Assembly: GCA_013265495.1 (NCBI GenBank)
Contig: MU058658.1
Location: 124,001-188,000 of the forward strand
Direction: 5' to 3'
Origin: Vicugna vicugna
Lineage: Eukaryota
DNA length: 64,000 bases
The translations under genes were made by a program, and so were the position numbers. Shown here piece by piece: positions 53,106-64,000 of this stretch (position 1 is the stretch's first letter; each line of letters opens with the position of its first letter). The notes beneath the pieces are model-generated. The model did not search any database, was not told where the DNA came from, and saw only the letters and a list, made by a program, of their open reading frames with translations.

Positions 53106-53492
53106 ATACTGGATTTTGTTGTAATTTTTGCTTCAGCTGTCAACTGTGTTCAAGTCTCTAGTCTCACCCCCAGGTACTTTCTGCCTCACATGTCCCTTGA
53201 GTCAGTGGTCATCCCTCCACGCTTTCTCTGTATTTGTACTCAGCCTGTATGTGTGTGTCACGTCGCCGTGGTATGGCAATGAACCTGTAACCAAAACAAC
53301 ACACAGACATACAGTGTTACTGTAGATCAGCTGTTGTTTTACATACATCAGCTCTTTTAACCTTTGGGATAACTGTGTGGTAGGTAATGTTGTCCCTGTT
53401 TTACAGAGCAGAAAATTAAGGCACAAGGAAGGTGAAGGAATTTATCCAAGATTTCACAGTCAATTAGTGTGAGAATTGGGCAGAGGGTGGGC

Positions 53493-53628
53493 GGGGGGTG
53501 ATACAGGTCAGTGGTAGAGCACATGCTTAGCATGCTTGGGGTCCTGGGTTCAGTCCCCAGCACCTCCATTAAAATAAATAAATAAAAACCTAATTACCTC
53601 CCCCCAAAATTAAAAAAAAAGAAAAAAA
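53493..53628 (+). mobile_element. tRNA-derived SINE
   Basis: Sense copy with A-rich tail. Confidence 0.88.
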
Positions 53629-55079
53629 GTGTGGGAATTAGGATTGGAGTTCGGTAAGCTGGCCGTGGAATCTATGCGCTTACCACTTTCCTGTGTTGTC
53701 TCTCATGGGGTGGGTGAGTGTACCACTTCACAGTAGACCAGACCTTGGTCATTTGTCTGCAAAGTAATTTTCTCATTTGACAGCCCATCTTGGCCATCCC
53801 TTCAGATTGAGTGAGATATACCAAACTCAGTCTTTTTGGTGGCTGCATAATCCATTGTAACTGTAGAAAATGCAGAGGGTTTGTGGTGGCGGGGAGGTGG
53901 GCAAGGACTGACGTGCATTTGGTTTTCAGTGTTGTGTGTACGGTGCCCCGATCCTCAGTGACTCCCGCTGTCTCCTGCCTTGTTGCCCAAGCTAGACACC
54001 TCACAGCCATTTTTCATCATCCCTACACTCAGCCGCTGCTCCATTTGGTTCTTTTTTTCTCAGTAGACAGTATGTGTGTTTTAGTGAATGGCTACACACA
54101 GCAGGGTATTTTTATTATAGTATTTGGCTCCCTCTTAGTGTTTATACAAAGCTGTGTGTATAGTTGGCACTGTACGGGACATGTGCTGCCCGTGAAGAAA
54201 ATCTACACACGCTTTTACGGCCAGATTGAAATCCTAATGAATGATTCTGTCATGTCACCCCCCGTTTCAGTGGTTTGCTAGGAAAACTCACAGTGCTCAG
54301 CATTTTGTTGCACTCAAGGGCTATGATTTATTTACACCAAAAAGAAGCAAAGCAAGCTCAGCCAAGGGAAGAGGCGCAAGGACTGAAGTCCAGAGGAACC
54401 AGGAACAGTCTGCAGTAATCCTGTGTCAGGGAGGTCACACAGGACGTGCTTAATTTAAGCTTTATCGAGGAGTTGTGACAGTAGATTGAAATGTCTACTA
54501 CGGAAGCTAATTAGAGCCCCAGTGCCCACAGTTTCTTGGTGGGGATGCGCTTTCTAGCACATAAACCAAATTCTGGACCTCCATAAGGATGGCAGATGTT
54601 CGGTGTAGGCTGCGTGGTTACAGAAAAATTTGGGAACACTGAGCCACTCATTTCTGGGGGTGGCGGGAAATCTCCCAAAATCTAAGGTCCCAGACCTCAG
54701 CCCAGGGTGCACCTCGCAAGCTCAAAGAATAGCAATCTCAGGCCTGCTGTGTTAGGTCTTCATAGTGGCTTAAATGATTAACTCAGATTTCTGTAATGAA
54801 CACTAAGCAAATACAATTTCCTACAACAAAAACTAAGAGTCATAACTTTGAGGTGAAGGCATTGTAACCAAATACAAAACTCACTAAGCCAATGTAGAAC
54901 TTAACCAACTAGCCAGAACTTAATTCAATGATGACAAAGTACAGAGGAGGTCTGGTAAGAAGGACCTTGCCCTCCTGATACTGACGTACGCGTGTATGTG
55001 TGTGTGTACACCACTTAGGGCCATACATGTGTGTAAACGTGTATGTACTGGATGCGTATAATATATGAGTAGATGTGTG

Positions 55080-55112
<33 letters not shown>

Positions 55113-55342
55113 GTGTGTATATAATATGTATGGCTTCAAGTGGTCTGACTTGCAGATATACCCACTGTTGACCCTTTATAAAGATGTAAAGCCCAGATCC
55201 ATGCTGTGTGTTTCTATAGCACGTAAGTCAACAGTTTCTCATCTCTTTGTTCCAGCTATGGATACTCTGCCTGTCTTCAGTGGAGAGAGAAGTAAGGAAT
55301 ATGTGCGTATTCTGTGCACCTAACTTGAATTCAAGACTGCAC

Positions 55343-56260
55343 TGTTTCAGGCTAGGCTCGGTCACAGTCAGGCATCCATGTGAGCAGGCAGCTCCAGCTG
55401 GGGGGTCCGCTCCAGAGACATGATGCTGGGGACCTCTGGTCTCTGCGAGTATGAGCCACTCCCTCTTTGACCCGCACTCTGGCCCACAGGTCACCTTTCC
55501 TGTCCCCGTCACAGGATGCTGCAGTGCCTCTGGAATGCTCATTGACCTCGTCCTTGTTTTGCGGGTTAAAGGCCTGTAATCTGTTTGCTCACAGGTCTGT
55601 TACACATCTCTCAATTAAATGGTCTGTGCTGAATTGTACACAGGCAGCTTCGCCTCCCTCAGAGCCATGTCGGTGGTTGGCCCTGTGGTCTGACTTCCTG
55701 TTTGTACTTCCTGACCTTGTTCTTACCTGCCGGGTGACTTTATTTTGGATATCCACATGTTACAGCATGTGTTTTTATTCTGAAGTTCTAACAGGTGGGA
55801 CCTCTGGTCCCTAGAGCTGCTGCTCCTCCTAGGGCTGGCTCATTCCTCCAGGTGGCACAGGGCTCCCCAGCAGTGTGCCTGTCCCATGCAGACCAACCAT
55901 TCCAGACCCCCAGAGCCCTCAACCACTGCCTCTGTCGAGTTCTTACTTCAGGACCCTCCCCTGGATACCCTGGCAGTCCCTACTCTCTGACTTGCACTGA
56001 AATTATCCAAACTAGCTCATCCTAAGCCTGCTTAGCCTGCTTGCTTCACCTTGTCTGTTCCTCCCAGCGAAACTTCCAGCCTTTGCCCACGTTGCCCCCC
56101 TCCATTGTTTTGCCTCGGACTCGACTCTGATGCTTCCCCACGTGACCCTGTGAAGCCTGGCATGGCCCTCGCTCTCCCAGAACTCTAAGTAACTGTCTCT
56201 TCGATGGCAGTCTGATCTGTTGGCCTCATGTCAGCATAATAAGTCCTGTGTTTTAAAACA
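55343..56260 (+). mobile_element. ERV1-type solo LTR
   Basis: TG...CA ends; similar in antisense to the block at about 37400-37800 (ccaaactagc..atcctaa / ttaggattggctagtttg). Confidence 0.5.
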
Positions 56261-58699
56261 ATACCAAAAGCATTAGAACGATAAATACTGAGAATTTAGC
56301 AAACCGGATCAGCCATTTCTGGAAAGCGGTGTGAGTGCACCCAGGCAGATGTGATCTTTTAAGTTGGAACAGTGTGGAGAGCCAGGGACAGCAGAACTGT
56401 GTCCAGGTGAGCAGGTGGAAAGCAGGTACCGAGGGGCTGTGGTGTTAGTAAGATCCTGCTCATCCCCCCTGGTGTTTGGCTTTTATGAAGATTGTTCCAG
56501 GTGCCCTTCTCAAAAGCCAGCACTTGGACCAAGTGCAACTAACTGGGAACCACAAGCTCGTTAATCACAATGTCATAGTCTCCCTATATCATTTCTCCAA
56601 CTTTTTCAGATTCGAAGGAAGAAGTGCCTTTTTCTCTGTGCTGTCTGCCAAGTCCCGCTACATTTGGTTTTTTTTTTTTTGATCACCTTCCAGTTGACGG
56701 ACACCCTTGTCACCTCTCACCCCTTTATGTGTAGCTGCTGCATCTTTCAACATCTCTGCTTGTTACTGCTCTTTCTGGTTCCATTGCCTGTCCTTGCTTT
56801 TAGGTACAAATCTTCACACGCATTTGAACTGTGCTCTCCTCACTGTCTCTCCTTGAAACCTGGAGTCACTTCAGCAAGCATCACCCTTTTCCCCACCGTA
56901 GTCTGCTCGACCTGTGCCTGGTGTGTGATCTCAGCTGCCTAAAGCCTACTTGTCACCTGCAAGTTCTGTCCCTCACCCTCTCTGACTTGTCCTCACACGT
57001 TGCCCTGAGGGCCAGGCACCACTCTCTTCCCTACATCTCACTCCTTTCCTCCCTCTGCCTTTAACTGAGGAGCCCCTGTGGGACGGTTTTCCTCTGCTTG
57101 TAATAATTGTACGTCGCCATTACTGCTCACTCTACTTTTCTCCACTCCCCAGACCTCCTTACCTTCTGAACTGCTTTGCTAGATTCTCACCCTCTGCACC
57201 ACCCTGGCCAGGGTCATCCGTGACCCCCACGTTTGTAAATTTTAACCCTTCTGAGTCACTATAGACTCCGGAGCTCTGATACTCATGGCTTTATTACAGC
57301 AAAAGGACACAGACCAAGATCAGCAAAGGGAAAGGCACGTAGGGTAACAGCCAGGAGAGACCAAGCACAAGCTGCCGGTGTCGCCTGTGCACGGGGACTC
57401 AAATTTTCAGCAAAGATGTGTGTCAGCACATTCAGTTGTCACCAACAAGGGGCACTCACCCAAGCTTCAGGGTCCACAGACTTCTTTACTGAGGCATGCA
57501 GTGCCTAAGTGACCGACCATGTATCAGAAGGCAAAGATAGAGCGTTGCCTCAGGCATACAAAACCCACCCTGCTCCGTGGGTCACACTGTTAGCATAAGT
57601 TATCTGGTCATGATACAGTGGGACCTACAGACAGAAGCATAAAAATCACCCTTACCAGGCAAGATACTCCAAGGACTCAGAGGCGGTCTTCCTGGAGCTG
57701 GTCCAGGGTCAGTCCTTTCTTTGGAATGTGTAGTATTGGAGTAACCGGAGTAACGGAAGCCTGCTTAGTTAACCCTTTACTGCAATGTCCACACACTGCC
57801 CCTGTCCCCAGCTCGAGGCCCTTGGCCCAAGCTCTGTTACAGCAAGACAGCCATGTCCACCTGAGCATGTACACGGAGTAAGGCATTTCTGTAACAGGTG
57901 CACCATGGCATCCTCAGGAATGTGTCCAACACCTGCAGGAGGCAGTGTGGGGTATGGATAGAATTCATCCATCCATCTTATTGGCCGTTAACACTCATAT
58001 CCACGTTTTCTTTGATTACTAATCCTCTGATACTCTGTTATTTGTACTTTGTGATAAACCACCTCCCATCATGACTCTGGTTTAAGCCGTCATTAGCATG
58101 CATAAGGTCCTGGGGTCAATCCCCAGTACTTCCATTAAAAAACAAAGAATTCCATTTTAAATGTTTTTGGAATTTCTGTATATGCCAAACAAATAAACAC
58201 GTGGACTGATTTTACTATTTGAGACTCAACATTGCAAACTGATTACAGGGTCCAACCTAGGTTGGTTGAATCCCTGGATGCAGAACGTGTGCACGAGAGG
58301 GGAGGGTGTCGCAGCCGTGCACGTCACCCCCACCGCCAGATGCCCGGGGCGGTCCTGGGCTGGGGGAGGCCGGCGGATTGGGGCAGGGCCCAAAAGCACG
58401 GGCTATTGGGAGCCAGAGGCACAAATCTCAGGAGCTTCATCGCGGTGACCCTCACGTATGTAAGTGACTGAGGAGGCCCCGGGCAGTGGCCTGAGTCGTA
58501 CACGCCGTTCGCGCAGGGGCCAGGGGCACGTGCACGTGGTTCTGGAGCTTGCCAACTGCACGGGGCACCCCGGCAGCTTCCGGCGGTGGGTGTATACTGC
58601 GTCGGGTCACTCGATTCAGGAACGCCTCGCGCCCTCACGGGTGGATGTACCTGTTCATTCACGCAGGCCGTGTATATCCTACGCCCTCCACACCCCCCG

Positions 58700-58945
58700 C
58701 CTCCCCTTCCGGTTTCTCGTGTTCCCTCTGCTCCAGCGTTTTCGCCGGGGTTCCGCCTTCCGGTCTCCGTGCCCTGCCTCTCATTGGCCTAGCGCCCTCA
58801 GTCCCGCCCCCCAGCCACGGGTGGAAGCTCTCATTCCTGTCTCTTCTATTGGGCACGCTGCCTAAGCCTCAGAAATTTCAACCAATGGAAGTCAGCCAGG
58901 AACTACCCGCTCAGCCAATGGGGCTAACGTACACACTATAAAAGT
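58700..58945 (+). promoter_or_regulatory. AURKC promoter: ETS sites, GC box, four CCAAT boxes, TATA
   Basis: CTTCCGG twice; CCCGCCCC near 58803; ATTGG at 58783 and 58848; CCAAT at 58882 and 58915; TATAAAA at 58937-58943; lies within a CpG-rich stretch (about 58280-59110). Confidence 0.8.
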
Positions 58946-59178
58946 CTTGGCCCGCGTACCCTAGGATCGTCCCCAACTCAGTAGTGGGTGTCTTCGCTGG
59001 TGAGCTGCGGGGGTCCCTTCCGGCGGTGCCGGCCCAGTCACTGCCCCGCGGCTGCCGTGGGAGCAGGTCGGCGTTGGAAGAGCCTCAGCCCGAGTGTGAC
59101 CTCCTGCCACCCCTTTTCAGGTCACCCAGTTCCACAGAACTCAGGAAGGCGTCCTCCTCACCTCCATCTCTCCTTCTC

Positions 59179-62142
<2,964 letters not shown>

Positions 62143-62246
62143 GCCCTGTCCACCCCCATTCCTTTGTGATTGCCCATGGAGCACCCCTGGCTCTGGTCTC
62201 TCATCTGTCTTTTGTTTCTTCTCTTTTAAGATGCATCATGTTAGTT

Positions 62247-62252
62247 AATAAA
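62247..62252 (+). terminator. AURKC polyadenylation signal AATAAA
   Basis: About 105 nt after the stop, followed by GT-rich sequence. Confidence 0.8.
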
Positions 62253-62319
62253 AGCTGAATCATTTTGTACCGGGTCTTTAGAGTTGTAAATGTTGGTGTG
62301 TGACTGGGTAGAATCTTTA

Positions 62320-62480
62320 TTTTTGTGGGGTGGGGGCAGGTGGTTAGGTTTATTTATTTATTCTTATTTTTACTTATTTACTCTTTTTTTTATTATTATT
62401 CTTTTAATGGGGTACTGGGGATTGAACCCAGGACCTCCTGCATGCTAAACACACACACTTATCGCTGAGCTATACCCACC
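62320..62480 (-). mobile_element. tRNA-derived SINE
   Basis: Antisense copy just past the AURKC poly-A site. Confidence 0.85.
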
Positions 62481-64000
62481 CATACCCTTCTGTTGCACTT
62501 TCATGCGGTAACTTCCCCCTTCATTCGTAAGGTGACTGCACCAGCGTGAACATCTAGACAACTCAGTGGGGAGCTGAAACATGTTTTCTGCTCCTTGCAG
62601 GCATCTTTTTCACCACTGTCTCCTGACTAAGAACTGTGGAGTTTGCCCTGTTAATGTTACAAACATGTTATTCTGTACCTTTTCCTCAATGTCAAATGTC
62701 CAGCAGATACAGAACCACATCCCTACATGACCAGAACCATGAAGTGAATATACACAGTCCAGCCACTCCATTCTCACAGCAGCAGCCCCAACTGCTGCAG
62801 CCCCATCACTGAAATGCTCCAAGGCACTGACGCATGGCTTTTCACCTGCACCTTCAGTGCTCACACCTCTGTGCTTTCTAGCTTCACCCTCTCTATCAGT
62901 TTTCTTGAGTTAATATTTCTATCAAACACCTGGAAACTCCTAATAAATTAACTGGTTCATATATAAAAATCCTGCAATATCACTCACTTCTGGTGCTGGT
63001 TAAACATATCACTGGGCCCATCTAGGGCAGGTAGATAAGGATAGAAAAATCAACTAGGGCCTCAACAGTGACAACCAAATGATATATGTTTAAACAATTA
63101 AAACTCTGAGATGTTTTACAGTAGGAATTTCAAAGTTTCTCCAATGGCTATATAGCTTTCCTCACCTGCACTGATTCCAGACATTCTGCCTCCCATCACA
63201 CAAAGAATATAAAAACGTTAATATCTGTTTTACAACCTAACCCAAAACCATTTAACTGTAAGGGTCAACCACATGTGAAAAGAAGAATTACGTTTATCTT
63301 CCAATTTGGGCAAATTACTGTTGCCAGTGATGGCTAACATTGTTCCTTGTGCACAAACTGAGCCACGTTTCTCCATAACCTCCTTTTATAAACAGTACCT
63401 TATGGGAAATTTAACTCCAGCTTAATCCTTGGCTCAATTAACATCCTGTCACTATGCTTTTCTCCACCTTTAAAATTAAATCAGGGCATTTTCTGCACAC
63501 CATGTTTCCATTTTCATACCATATGTATTCTCAACTCATTAGAAGCTAGATTTTATTCTCTCACCTTCAAAGTCATGAGAAGAAAACAAAAGGACATTGA
63601 GGTGACTTCTAAGACTTTGAGTAATATAATTCTAGAAGGAATGTTAGGAATCCTAACATGACTTTGTTGGTTTCTCTTCTGCAACTAGTCAATGTTGAGT
63701 TGGTTCAGAGTTCACCCCTGTCCATTCCTTTCCCCATCTATTCTCTTTCTTTTGTTGGTCTCATCCAGTATCATGACTTGAAATAATCGTATACGCTATC
63801 AACTCCCAAACGTACATATCCAGAAACGAACCCTTTCCCACTGATCATACACAGGTTAAGTGCCTTCCTTAAAACAGACACTTTGTGGTCTTGCAGACAT
63901 TTCAAACTGACCACGCTTGAAATTGGAGTCCTCAGCTTCCCTCCAAGCCACCCCTACTTGCAGCCTCCGCACCTCAGAGGATAACAAAGCCGCTGTAGGG

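Noticed and set aside
62222..62235. Cytoplasmic polyadenylation element in the AURKC 3'UTR
   Set aside because: TTTTAAG does not match the consensus UUUUAU/UUUUAAU, so it cannot be supported.

Overview
Mammalian genomic DNA. The abundant tRNA-derived SINE (GGGGAGGGTATAGCTCAGTGGTAGAG...CCCCAGTACCTCC) suggests a camelid, which is an inference. Gene order matches the distal PEG3 imprinted domain / human 19q13.43 block: ZIM3 (minus, 5' half only, apparently disrupted), DUXA (minus, 6 coding exons, 186 aa double homeobox), ZNF264 (plus, KRAB + 13 C2H2 fingers, 615 aa) and AURKC (plus, 7 coding exons, about 304 aa). The rest is mostly L1, L2, SINE, DNA-transposon and nested ERV/LTR debris. The most interesting observations are: (1) a diverged copy of DUXA intron 2 inside intron 1, with splice-site relics at homologous positions, suggesting a vestigial third homeobox unit; (2) a stop-free, in-frame DUXA intron 3 between the two homeodomains; (3) a perfect DUX-binding motif in the DUXA promoter next to an ERVL/MLT2 remnant; (4) ZIM3 disruption coinciding with a CpG-dense patch; (5) a probable shifted AURKC exon 1 donor; (6) a paralogous block predicting a ZNF264 duplicate (ZNF805) just beyond the window. 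Orthology calls rest on recalled human protein sequences and synteny, not on searches. Repeat family names and boundaries are approximate.
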